A DNA stretch of 46,019 nt from Propionibacteriales bacterium (GTDB lineage: Bacteria > Actinomycetota > Actinomycetes > Propionibacteriales > Nocardioidaceae): NCBI GenBank assembly GCA_038233135.1, contig JBBSMN010000001.1, positions 1 to 46,019 of the forward strand, read 5' to 3'. The notes beneath the pieces were generated by a model, which made no database searches, had not been told where the DNA came from, and worked only from the letters and a program-made list of their open reading frames with translations. Position numbers and translations under genes: made by a program. Shown in pieces: positions 1 to 8,625 of the stretch (its first letter is position 1; every line of letters starts with the position of its first letter).

Positions 1-20
1 CGGCTGTGGTCGAGGATCAT
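1..20 (-). CDS. First codons of the next gene of the cas operon, running off the left edge. Canonical type I-G gene order predicts csb1/cas7u.
   Basis: ATG at 20..18 overlaps the csx17 TGA stop (19..17) as ATGA, and the frame stays open to position 1. The identity is inferred only from operon order, not from sequence. Confidence 0.3.
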
Positions 21-2290
21 GCGGGGTCTCCTCCTGTGGATTCTCGGGTGGTCGAGCCTGAGCGGACGTCGGTTGTCGTGGCGCGTAGCAGCGCGATGCG
101 CGTCCTGCGTCGAATCGGCAGCAGCGTCGTGGCGGCAAGCAGGTCACCGGCGACGCGATGGGCAGCGACGGCAGGGGCCTTTACCGCTGGAGTCAGCCCC
201 GCGATCCGAAGTCGGCGGACCGCATCGGCGGTGACGGACGCGACGTCGCCGGCGCGGAGCATCGCGGCCCACTCGGTGCCAGGTCGCAACAGTAGACGCC
301 GGTCACGGGCCTCGGTGTCCCCCGGGGATTGGACCGTGAGATCTAGTGGCTCCGACGCGAAGAAGGGGAGCACGAGGGCGAGTATGGGCGGCACGAAGAC
401 GTCACGACTGGCGTGCTCGGGCCACGGCGATGCAGATCGGCTCCAATCGAGCAGGAGCAGGCCGGCGAGCGCGGCCGCGACAGCGTCGCTGTCCAGGGTG
501 CCAGTGCCGAACGCGACGACGTCGGACAGCGGAGTCGGTAGGCCACGCGCGTACGCCGTGACGGTCCCATTGCCACTGTGGCGCACGAGGTCGTCGAGCA
601 CCGGCTGGACTGCGATTCCGGGCACGCTCCGCCACCGGTGGCACTCCGCCAGCGCGGCCACGATCTCACCGTCGGCCGGATGAAACGGCACACGTGCCCG
701 CTCCTGCCACGTAAGGTGCTCGACTGGCCATCGCTGTTCAGACTCCTCCTGGACTTGAGCCGCCGCCAACCGCGCCGGTGTCAACAGCGCGCGCAACCCG
801 CTGTGTCGGCTGCGGGTGTCTCGCAGCGACGCGAGACCGGCCGCGACCCGCACCTCCGGTACGTCGGTGGGAAGCGCCGCCAGCCATTCCGCTGCCGGCC
901 CAAGGAATAGAGGTGGGTCGGCCTCCTTTCGTGCCCGGGACGACCGCCCGACGGCAGCGTGTAGCTCGCCAACGGCCGTGAGCAACGCCAATACCCGATC
1001 CGGCGTGCTGTCGGTCGCCACGTCATACAGCGCGGCCTCCACGCCGCGGACAGCCGCGCCCGTGGCAGCGGTGCCGGGTCTCACTCGAGCTAGCCACCTG
1101 TCTAGTTGAGCCGTCAGCCGGACCGGCGGCCGCTCAGTGACCTCGACTCGGCCGACCGGCACGGCAAGGGGACTCTGTCCTAGCCGCTCGGCGAAGACAT
1201 AGCGTGTGAAAGCGTCGATCCCACGGTCAACACCGAGCGACGCGACCGCGCGTGCGAAGTCGACTCCTGATCTGGCGGGGCCGTTCGACCACTCCGCGCG
1301 GCCCTCGCTGATCAATTGCTCGAGCTCGGCCAGGCCGATCGGCCTAGACCACTCCGGCGTCCAAATCTCACCGAGCGGCCGCTCATTTTCGGCGCTTCCC
1401 GCGAACCCGACCCCGCTCGTGGACACCATGAAAGGAATAGCCGCCCTGCGGTTGTTTGCACCGAGGCGGCGAACGACGGCGCCAGCGAAGAGCAGGGTGC
1501 CCTCAATGCTCAGCAGGAAGGACCATGGGTTGCTGAACCCATACTCGTCACTCTTCTCGTAGGGTGAGGACTGGACGCCACCGGCCCGGCCAGGATCGAA
1601 CTGACCGACCGTGTCCCGCTGGTAGGGAGTTCCCTCGCGGGCGAACAGGGCCGCGCCTAGCCAGCTTTCGCTGCGTCGCGGCTCGCTCTTGTTACCCATC
1701 ACGTCGAGCAGACGCTTCACATATGTGGCAGAGAGGTCCTGGCGCCCGAAGTTCGCACCGGTGCCGAGAAGGCGGCTGTAGGTTGGCTGTTCGTCGTGCG
1801 CCAGCGCGACGGTTGCGTCCAGCCACGGCAAGGCTGCATCGGGAAGCCAGGCCCTAGACAGCCGGAGCACGTCAGCCTTGTGGTGCTTGTCCCACAAGTC
1901 CTCCTTGCTGCCTCCCCATCCCAGGCTTTGGCCGCGGGCGATCACGCCTTCGGCGGCTAGGATTGCGTGTCGAAGGTCGTCCAGTCGGGGTGCGGTGGAC
2001 CTGCGCACTGCTTGCAGGTTGCCCCTGGCGCTCTTGCTGCTGGCCTTCGCGCCGAACCCAGAGCCCTCGCTCCAAGGGGAAACGATCGAGCTCGGCCGGA
2101 ACTCGTTGGCGAAGAATCCAATCAAGCCACTCTCGTCGAGGTCGGACTCGAGCACGAAGCGGCCACCACGCCAGCACCCCCGGGCGTCGGGATCGCGCTG
2201 TCGAGCCACCGCCCGTAGCACCCCGAGAGCTTGGAGATAACTGCCGAGTGGCTCAGATCGGCAGCCCGCGAGAAGCACGCGGTAACTCAT
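17..2290 (-). CDS. csx17: CRISPR-associated large subunit Csx17 (Cas8u2), type I-G/I-U
   Basis: ORF 17..2416(-). The preferred ATG at 2290 (MSYRVLLAGCRSEPLGSYLQALGVLRAV...) forms an ATGA overlap with the cas3 stop. The N-terminal LxGCxxEPLxSYLxALGVLR signature and ~757-aa size fit my recollection of the Csx17 family. A position directly after a helicase-then-HD Cas3 is the canonical I-G order. The 42 upstream codons in the track overlap cas3 and are not needed. Confidence 0.7.
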   Translation of the reverse strand: MSYRVLLAGCRSEPLGSYLQALGVLRAVARQRDPDARGCWRGGRFVLESDLDESGLIGFFANEFRPSSIVSPWSEGSGFGAKASSKSARGNLQAVRRSTAPRLDDLRHAILAAEGVIARGQSLGWGGSKEDLWDKHHKADVLRLSRAWLPDAALPWLDATVALAHDEQPTYSRLLGTGANFGRQDLSATYVKRLLDVMGNKSEPRRSESWLGAALFAREGTPYQRDTVGQFDPGRAGGVQSSPYEKSDEYGFSNPWSFLLSIEGTLLFAGAVVRRLGANNRRAAIPFMVSTSGVGFAGSAENERPLGEIWTPEWSRPIGLAELEQLISEGRAEWSNGPARSGVDFARAVASLGVDRGIDAFTRYVFAERLGQSPLAVPVGRVEVTERPPVRLTAQLDRWLARVRPGTAATGAAVRGVEAALYDVATDSTPDRVLALLTAVGELHAAVGRSSRARKEADPPLFLGPAAEWLAALPTDVPEVRVAAGLASLRDTRSRHSGLRALLTPARLAAAQVQEESEQRWPVEHLTWQERARVPFHPADGEIVAALAECHRWRSVPGIAVQPVLDDLVRHSGNGTVTAYARGLPTPLSDVVAFGTGTLDSDAVAAALAGLLLLDWSRSASPWPEHASRDVFVPPILALVLPFFASEPLDLTVQSPGDTEARDRRLLLRPGTEWAAMLRAGDVASVTADAVRRLRIAGLTPAVKAPAVAAHRVAGDLLAATTLLPIRRRTRIALLRATTTDVRSGSTTRESTGGDPA

Positions 2291-4665
2291 GCCGGCTCCT
2301 CGTCGTAGCCGCGGCTCACCCGCCAGTCGGCCATTCGCACGACTGCCTCCAAAAACGCGAGCCGAAACGGGCCAAGGTCCTGGCGATCCCGCAAACGCCG
2401 GGTCCACAGCGTCCACGACCCTCCCGCCGTGGTCTCGCCAGGAATAAATAGATCGAGATCCAGACGGAGTGACGGCACCTCAGTGCCGCTGGCCAGCCGG
2501 ACCTCGGGCACCTGGTCGCCGGACCGCACACCGAGCACAGCCCCATCTTTTCGCTCTTCATCCATTGGCCGGACCGTCATCCGAACCTTGCCGTGGTGCG
2601 CAGCCACCAGGTAGGTGATCAGGTGCGGCTCCGCCTCCTCCTTCAGCAGCGGACTCTCCGGATGTAGAAGCATCAGCGCGCTGACGAGCTCGTGCCGGAA
2701 GTAGCGGCGCGCATGACGGGCGACGCCTCCCGCGGATTTTGCCCAGGGCCCGGCGTTGGACGGCGCATCCTGCTCGGCGCAGGCCTGCATCGTCGACTGG
2801 AACACTTGATGCACTTTGCCGATGTCGTGCAGCGCCCCCGCGGTGACTGCGGCGTCGCGATGGTCCGGTAGCACTCCCGGTGGGCCGCCCAAGGCGCGCA
2901 AAAGGGCGCGAGTTTCCCGAGCCACGTCTTCCAGGTGCTCCTCGACCGTCACCCACCGACCCTGCCGTTGAGACAGCTGGTCGTCGGGCACGCCGTCTGG
3001 CGGGTCTGATTCCACCGGAACGGGCTGCACCGGCTGTCTGCTGCTGGGTGACCACCCTTCGTCGAGGAGATAGCCACCAGCCTGAGCATCGAGCAAGACC
3101 ATGCCCCCTGGCCGAATGTCGCCGGGCATGGCCGGTCGCCAGATCCCGTCCAGCTGGTCGAAGATCCAGGCGGCTCGCGTCTTGTCCTTGACGAGCTTGG
3201 CCACGTCGTGGATCGGCGCAGCGCACAGCTCGTCGCGGGCGAGGCGAGGCGTGTCCTGACCCGGCTGCTCTGCTGCTTCTCGGAATGCCACGTGCACGCT
3301 TGTCTCGTCCGCGTCACGTACCCACCGGCTGATGTCGATGTCGTTTCCGGAAAGGTCTGGGGCTGTGTCGAAGAGGTCCAGGAGGTCACGACGGCGGATC
3401 ACCGAGTGCTGCTGTCGGGACTGCGGAACGGCATGCTCCTGCAGGTCGATTGAAGTCACGCGCTGACCCTCGAGCTCGCTAAGCGCACGCTCCGAGGCCG
3501 CGACGTCATCGGGACCATATGGCGGTGTCTTGTTGCCTGTGCGAGGGACCCGCGCCCACAGCAGGGTTGCATCATCGCCGTGCTCGCCGGCACGGTTACA
3601 GCGTCCAGCCCGCTGCACAATCGAACTCCACGGGGCGCCTTCAGTGAAGAGCGTGCACGAGGTGACGTCGACGCCGGCTTCGAGCACTTGCGTGGTCACC
3701 ACGATCGTCCCCGCGGCGCTCGGTTCGGCCAACGCGTTGGCCAACTGGGCTTGCCGCTCCACTGGCCGGAACCGGGAGTGCAGGAGAAGAACCTCGGCGG
3801 CGGGCGCCGAGCGTCCTAGCGCGTGGTAGACCGAACGGGCGCGCTCGACCGTATTCAGCACCGCGATGGTCCGGCTGCCGGGCTTGTGCGCCCTAACAAG
3901 TTCTTGGGCGACCCGTTGGACGTGCTCGTGGACGTCATCGGAGGACTCGACGCGATGTACTGTCCGCGTGGCCGACAGCCGCTTGGCGAGCGGGCCAACG
4001 CGGTCGGCGTCGGTGAGCTGCACTACAGCAGCCGGGCCGCGGAAGTCGACGGTGCGCAGGTCCTCCGGCTCGACTGTCGCCGACATCCACATGGTCGAGG
4101 TGGGAGCGGCAGTTCCCAGTGCCTCACGCAGCCCTTGAAGCTGGAGTGTGGTCGGCAGACCCGGACCCATCAGCTGGGTTTCGTCGACCACGAACTGCGC
4201 ACCGGAGTTGAGCAGACCGAAACTGATCGGCCAGGTGGCTCGGCCGGCGGCGTAGCCCCGCAGCAAGAGCCGGGACAGCACCATGTCCTGGGTGCCAACG
4301 AAGATGCCCGGCAGTTCGGGACTCAGCTGCCATTCACGTTCGTCCGTGGATGCGCCGCCCATCAGCGTATGCACAGGCAGATCTGCGGCCATGTCGAGTC
4401 TGTCGATCCACCGGCTTACAACGTCGCGCGTCTGCTCGACCAGGCCGCGCTGGGGCAAGATCACGACCAGCTTGGGAGGTGTCGCTGATCGGACCTGGCG
4501 GGTTGGGTGTTGCAGTCGCCGGTAGATCCAAGGCAGGACGGCAGCCGCCGTCTTGCCGGCTCCGGTCGGCACTCGCAGCAGGTCGGGCAAGCCGCTCTCG
4601 GCGATGCGTGACTGGTAGTCGTACGGTTCATGGCCACAGGCCCGTCCGAACAAGTCACTGAACAC
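2287..4665 (-). CDS. cas3: CRISPR-associated helicase/nuclease Cas3 with C-terminal HD domain (type I-G/I-U architecture)
   Basis: 792-aa ORF with a GTG start at 4665, preceded by GGGAGG with a 4-nt spacer. Motifs seen: Walker A 'VPTGAGKT', motif II 'VVDETQ', helicase motif VI 'QRAGRCNR'. The C-terminal HD region carries 'LHDIGKVH', 'HELVSA' and 'AAHHGK'. Confidence 0.85.
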   Translation of the reverse strand: MFSDLFGRACGHEPYDYQSRIAESGLPDLLRVPTGAGKTAAAVLPWIYRRLQHPTRQVRSATPPKLVVILPQRGLVEQTRDVVSRWIDRLDMAADLPVHTLMGGASTDEREWQLSPELPGIFVGTQDMVLSRLLLRGYAAGRATWPISFGLLNSGAQFVVDETQLMGPGLPTTLQLQGLREALGTAAPTSTMWMSATVEPEDLRTVDFRGPAAVVQLTDADRVGPLAKRLSATRTVHRVESSDDVHEHVQRVAQELVRAHKPGSRTIAVLNTVERARSVYHALGRSAPAAEVLLLHSRFRPVERQAQLANALAEPSAAGTIVVTTQVLEAGVDVTSCTLFTEGAPWSSIVQRAGRCNRAGEHGDDATLLWARVPRTGNKTPPYGPDDVAASERALSELEGQRVTSIDLQEHAVPQSRQQHSVIRRRDLLDLFDTAPDLSGNDIDISRWVRDADETSVHVAFREAAEQPGQDTPRLARDELCAAPIHDVAKLVKDKTRAAWIFDQLDGIWRPAMPGDIRPGGMVLLDAQAGGYLLDEGWSPSSRQPVQPVPVESDPPDGVPDDQLSQRQGRWVTVEEHLEDVARETRALLRALGGPPGVLPDHRDAAVTAGALHDIGKVHQVFQSTMQACAEQDAPSNAGPWAKSAGGVARHARRYFRHELVSALMLLHPESPLLKEEAEPHLITYLVAAHHGKVRMTVRPMDEERKDGAVLGVRSGDQVPEVRLASGTEVPSLRLDLDLFIPGETTAGGSWTLWTRRLRDRQDLGPFRLAFLEAVVRMADWRVSRGYDEEPA

Positions 4666-4880
4666 ATAGCCTCCCTCAGTTACGAGGAGTTTGCATCACG
4701 CAATCGACAGTCACGCCCAGAACGGGCGGATTGTTGGCTCTACAGGCGCTGACACGAACGCAGCAGCCTGGGGCAATTGGCAGAGCAATGTGGCCTCCCC
4801 GTCATCGGCGGCGACGGCCGATATTCCCGCTCATGGCGTTCTGTCCTACAGTATGAGGCCGGAGCCGCAGTCGACGCACC

Positions 4881-5108
4881 TCAGCCAGGGATCATCACTG
4901 TGGCCGCAATGCGCGTCGGTGTGCTGCTGAACGCGACGCTGTATCCGCGTGCGGGACGGACCGGCTGAGCTCTGGCCGCCACATCGCGCACCAGACGCGT
5001 ACGCTGCGCCCCGCCGGCAAGCGCCCCAGATCGGAAGGCTCCGACCGCGGCAATCGTATGGACCAGCACATCGAGCTCGGCGTCGCCCAGCACTTCGAAT
5101 CCGCTCAC
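4881..5108 (-). CDS. Possible small hypothetical protein (75 aa) translationally coupled to the aminomethyltransferase gene
   Basis: GTG at 5108..5106 overlaps the upstream TGA (5107..5105) as GTGA. It is the C-terminal part of track ORF 4881..5342(-) (VSGFEVLGDAELDVLVHTIAAVGAF...). By hand count about 54 of 75 codons end in G/C, lower than neighbouring genes. I recognise no motif. Confidence 0.3.
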   Translation of the reverse strand: MSGFEVLGDAELDVLVHTIAAVGAFRSGALAGGAQRTRLVRDVAARAQPVRPARGYSVAFSSTPTRIAATVMIPG

Positions 5109-6454
5109 TGGCACTTCTGATTCCTGGCTGCGTCCGCAGGTGTCGAGTGCAGCAGGTTGACGGCCGTCTGGAGGACCGCGCAGCGGGTGACGGGTCGTCC
5201 GGCTCCTACGAGGTCGCGGCGAGCCTGTTGTTGCAAGGCATACCGGTCCGGCAGCCAGACGTAGAGGTGGGTGCCCGTCTCGGCGAGGGCGACCGGCACG
5301 TGGCCCATCGCGATGTTGGTCTCGAGCTCCGGGGAGTACCAAGGCGAGGTGACGTAACCGACCGGGTCCGATGCGGGATCCACGCTGATCAGCCAGAAGT
5401 CCGGTGCGTACTCATCAATCGGGTTGCCTGCGAGGCGGAGTCCGACCAGCGTGTGGGTGTAGGGCGGCTGGCCTGCCTCGAGTCGTGTGCGGGCGGCTTC
5501 GAGCGCGGCTTTGCCCACGTAGTCGGCCTCCTTGGTGCGTGGGACCTGATAGCCGAGGTTGACCTGAAACGGCAGCGTCTCGACGTCCATGTCCTGTCCC
5601 CAGGACAGAATTCCTGCGGCGATCCGACGATGGTGGGCCGGGGCGATCACGGTGAGGTGGTGGGGTTTACCGGCCTCGAGGACCGCCCGCCACATGTCTT
5701 CGGCGTGCAGCGTCGCGTCGCGCAGGTAAATCTCGTATCCCTTCTCGCCGGTGAACCCGGTCTGGGAGATGACGACCGGGTGGCCGGCCACCTCCGACTC
5801 GAGCAGGCCGTATGACGGGATCTCAGAGACCGCCGCGCCGAACAGGTCGACCATCAGCGCCTGAGACTTGGGACCTTGGATCTGGGCCGGACAGACATCG
5901 ATCTCGGTGATGTCGACGTCGAACGACGTGCCGACGTTGACTCCTTGCAGCCATAGACTCAGATCGGAGTCGGACAGGCTGAACCAGAACTCGTCGGCGG
6001 AGAGTCGCAGCAGGACGGGGTCGTTGAGAATGCCGCCCGTGGAGTTGCACAGGATCACGTAACGAGCCCGCATCGGGGGGATCTCGGTGGCGTCGCGGGT
6101 GATGACGAAGTTCACGAATGCCTCTGCATCCGGTCCCTTGACCTGGATCTGTCGCTCGACGGCGACATTCCACATCGTGACGTGGTTGACCAAGGCGTCG
6201 TACTCGGCCATGGCGCCGCCGTCTTCGGGTCGAACGTAGCCACGGGGGTGGTAGATGCGGTTGTACACCTCGGCGCGCCAGCAACCCGCCTCGACGGACA
6301 GCTGCCAGTACGGCGACTTACGGATGCGGGTCGAGATCAGCAGCTCGACAGGCGTGGGCCCGGACTGACGCAGGTTGATCGGCACGTGCCGGTCGGACTG
6401 GTCGACCGACGGCGCATTGGGGTGGGACGGGGAAGGTGCAGGGTTCTGCTGCAT
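5105..6454 (-). CDS. Aminomethyltransferase (GcvT/DmdA-like) family protein
   Basis: ATG at 6454 (MQQNPAPS...), 449 aa. GcvT-family features: 'RKSPYW', 'VERQIQVKGPDA', 'IQGPKS', 'ISQTGFTGEKGYEIY' and a C-terminal barrel region. The 74-codon upstream extension in the ORF track is not protein-like. Confidence 0.8.
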   Translation of the reverse strand: MQQNPAPSPSHPNAPSVDQSDRHVPINLRQSGPTPVELLISTRIRKSPYWQLSVEAGCWRAEVYNRIYHPRGYVRPEDGGAMAEYDALVNHVTMWNVAVERQIQVKGPDAEAFVNFVITRDATEIPPMRARYVILCNSTGGILNDPVLLRLSADEFWFSLSDSDLSLWLQGVNVGTSFDVDITEIDVCPAQIQGPKSQALMVDLFGAAVSEIPSYGLLESEVAGHPVVISQTGFTGEKGYEIYLRDATLHAEDMWRAVLEAGKPHHLTVIAPAHHRRIAAGILSWGQDMDVETLPFQVNLGYQVPRTKEADYVGKAALEAARTRLEAGQPPYTHTLVGLRLAGNPIDEYAPDFWLISVDPASDPVGYVTSPWYSPELETNIAMGHVPVALAETGTHLYVWLPDRYALQQQARRDLVGAGRPVTRCAVLQTAVNLLHSTPADAARNQKCQ

Positions 6455-7077
6455 AGCGGCTCCATCGCTCGTGGATCGGCATCGTTCACCGACGCAGACG
6501 GTCTCGTCACTTCCGGATCCACCTACGCCCTTGGCTTCCCAAGCCCATGAGACCCAGTGGCAAGAGCTGAGAACGACTTTCCGGTCACAGTGGCGAAAAC
6601 CGTGTCGGAACGTACACCGACATCCCGGTAGCTGCGACGTCCTCGGATCGTAGGATCGTTGTTGCGCACTAGTCAATGGCGTGCGTCATACGCAACAGCA
6701 TGGGACCCGTGTCCACCCGCGGCCGCGGCCGATACCGCCGCGGTGGTCGCCGCAACCAGCCCGGCGTTGACCGCACTGCTGGCTTGGTTCTCCGAACAAG
6801 CTGGAGCGCGGACCCCTTTCAGCCCTCGACGGCCGACCCGGAAGCGCAACCCGCTATGGGAGCGCAACAGGTCAGCGGCCCGCCGATCATCAAGACGTCC
6901 CGCGAGACCCGTCCGGAGAGATTCCCGGACGGGGCGGGCGGTGCGGGACCGCCCGGGGCCTCTTCGGCGCGGACGTCGGCAATCCTTCCTCCATCTCGAC
7001 AAAGAGACCAGTTGGCCGTACACAGGCGACTGCCCCTACGGTCAGACCGTCGTTTTCCCCGACTGGCAGGAGATGTC

Positions 7078-7797
7078 GTGGCTCATCCAGACCTGCAAGG
7101 CGTCTTTGCCCTCGTCGACGACGAAAGCGTGCGACTGATCCGGGCGGCGGCTGCGCTGTCTGATCTGGACGCCCGAGCACCGAGCGCCCTGCCGGGCTGG
7201 TCTAGGGGGCACGTACTGACACACGTGGCACGCAACGCCGACGCCTTGATCAACCTGCTCACCGGGGTGCGGACACACAGCCCGAGGACGATGTACCCGG
7301 AACCGCAGGCACGAGACGCTGACATCGAGTCCGGCGCACACAGACCCGCCGACGATCTCGTCGCCGATGTGCGCAGCTCGTCCGCCCGGCTGCAGGAGGC
7401 AGCCGAACTGCTCGGTGCTGACACGGACTGGGATGCCGTGGTGGAGTGGCGCGCAGGCCGTCGCCGACCGATCCGCGACATCCCTCGCGCCCGGCTGACC
7501 GAGGTTGTGCTGCACCACATCGACCTGGATGTCGGGTACGCCGTCGCCGACATGACCGCTACGGTCGCTGAGCAGGTCGTCCTGGAGGCACTCGGCCGGC
7601 TCCGCGGCGTGCCCGATTTCCCCGCGATCGAGGTCCGTCCAACAGATGGACAGGCAACCGCGGTCCCCGCAGATGTGTCAGACCATGTGACGGTCAGCGG
7701 TTCAACGGCACAGCTGGCGGGGTGGCTCACCGGGCGCACAACGAGTGCTGGCCTAGACGCCGACGACCCCCTGCCGCCGGTGCCGGCCTGGACCTGA
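7078..7797 (+). CDS. Maleylpyruvate isomerase-family mycothiol-dependent enzyme (DinB fold)
   Basis: GTG at 7078 with GGAG about 6 nt upstream. 'LPGWSRGHVLTHVARNADALINLL' is the N-terminal DinB/MDMPI helix motif. The protein is 239 aa. The remainder of track ORF 6676..7797 upstream is Arg/Pro-rich non-protein-like sequence. Confidence 0.75.
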   Translation: MAHPDLQGVFALVDDESVRLIRAAAALSDLDARAPSALPGWSRGHVLTHVARNADALINLLTGVRTHSPRTMYPEPQARDADIESGAHRPADDLVADVRSSSARLQEAAELLGADTDWDAVVEWRAGRRRPIRDIPRARLTEVVLHHIDLDVGYAVADMTATVAEQVVLEALGRLRGVPDFPAIEVRPTDGQATAVPADVSDHVTVSGSTAQLAGWLTGRTTSAGLDADDPLPPVPAWT

Positions 7798-7836
7798 CCG
7801 GCACAATCCGATCGGACAACTGAGAAGAGGCCAGAC

Positions 7837-8490
7837 ATGCCCTATACCGGAGCGGTGACGGTCGACGGACCGGCTGACGTCTTGGTGCTGACGCACCTGC
7901 AGGTGACCAAAGTGGCGGTGGGTCCGATGGACAACAACGCCTACCTGCTGCGGTGCCGCAACTCGGGGCAGCAGTTACTCATCGACGCCGCCGAGGACCC
8001 AGAGCGCCTGCTTGAGCTCATTGGCGACGACGGTCTCACCACGGTCGTGACCACGCACCGTCACGCTGACCACTGGCAGGCGCTGCCGCTCGTACTGCAA
8101 GAGACCGGCGCGACATGCGTGACTGGCCGCGACGACGCCGATCATCTGCCGGTCGATGTTGACCGTGCGCTCGACGACGGCGACGAGGTCCAGGTGGGCA
8201 ACTGTGGCCTGCGCGTCGTGCATCTTGTCGGGCATACCCCTGGATCTGTCGCTCTCGTCTATGACGACCCGGACGGGCACCCGCATGCGTTCACCGGGGA
8301 CAGCCTCTTTCCTGGTGGTGTGGGCAAGACCAACACAACGACTGCCTTTCGTCAGCTCGTGGACGACGTCGAGGCCAAGCTGTTCGACAAATTGCCGGAC
8401 GCCACCTGGGTATATCCAGGGCACGGCAACGACACCACGCTAGAGGCTGAGCGTCCGTACGTCGACGAGTGGCGCTCACGCGGGTGGTGA
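7837..8490 (+). CDS. MBL-fold metallo-hydrolase
   Basis: 'THRHADH' (HxHxDH zinc motif), 'GHTPGS' and 'TGDSLFPGG' in a 217-aa protein of glyoxalase-II-like size. Confidence 0.85.
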   Translation: MPYTGAVTVDGPADVLVLTHLQVTKVAVGPMDNNAYLLRCRNSGQQLLIDAAEDPERLLELIGDDGLTTVVTTHRHADHWQALPLVLQETGATCVTGRDDADHLPVDVDRALDDGDEVQVGNCGLRVVHLVGHTPGSVALVYDDPDGHPHAFTGDSLFPGGVGKTNTTTAFRQLVDDVEAKLFDKLPDATWVYPGHGNDTTLEAERPYVDEWRSRGW

Positions 8491-8499
8491 CGTGGGTTC

Positions 8500-8625
8500 C
8501 GATGTCACGAAGAGAGAAAGGTCCGTTTCGCGGCTTTCGCTTCGACGCTTCTGACGCTATAGTCACCCGCTGGTCATGTGGGGGCAATCGGCCAATGTCT
8601 GCCGTCAACCTGAGGACTTGCCGCC
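8500..8625 (+). promoter_or_regulatory. Candidate ydaO-type (cyclic-di-AMP) riboswitch-like leader of the M23 peptidase gene
   Basis: Three elements resemble my recollection of the ydaO motif: UCGCUU (8537-8542), GGGGGCAAUCGGCC (8580-8593, cf. GGGGU(G/U)AAUC) and CCGUCAACCUGAGG (8602-8615, cf. CCGACAGCUAACCUCG). The last element runs into the GAGGA Shine-Dalgarno (8612-8616). This riboswitch class is known upstream of actinobacterial cell-wall hydrolase genes. The match is partial and by eye only. Confidence 0.3.

Noticed and set aside
4666-5104. Looked for a CRISPR array or leader next to cas3
   Set aside because: No direct repeats with regular spacing are visible. The only recurrence is a short gcaat(t)ggc duplication (about 4777-4800), far too small for a repeat-spacer unit.
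6455-6700. Glycine or ZTP (pfl) riboswitch in the leader of the aminomethyltransferase gene
   Set aside because: A GGTGGATCCGG segment (minus strand) superficially resembles the pfl core. However, the CCGCCUGGGC 3' element and the glycine-riboswitch GGAGAG/ACCGAAGGGGC blocks are missing.
6890-7180. 96-aa minus-strand ORF with an S1-domain-like stretch (VGENDGLTVGAVACVRPTGLFVEMEEGL)
   Set aside because: The similarity is limited to about 25 residues. The following sequence is Pro/Arg-rich in every frame. The ORF overlaps the start of the DinB-family gene and has no SD. It is most likely chance or a very old remnant.
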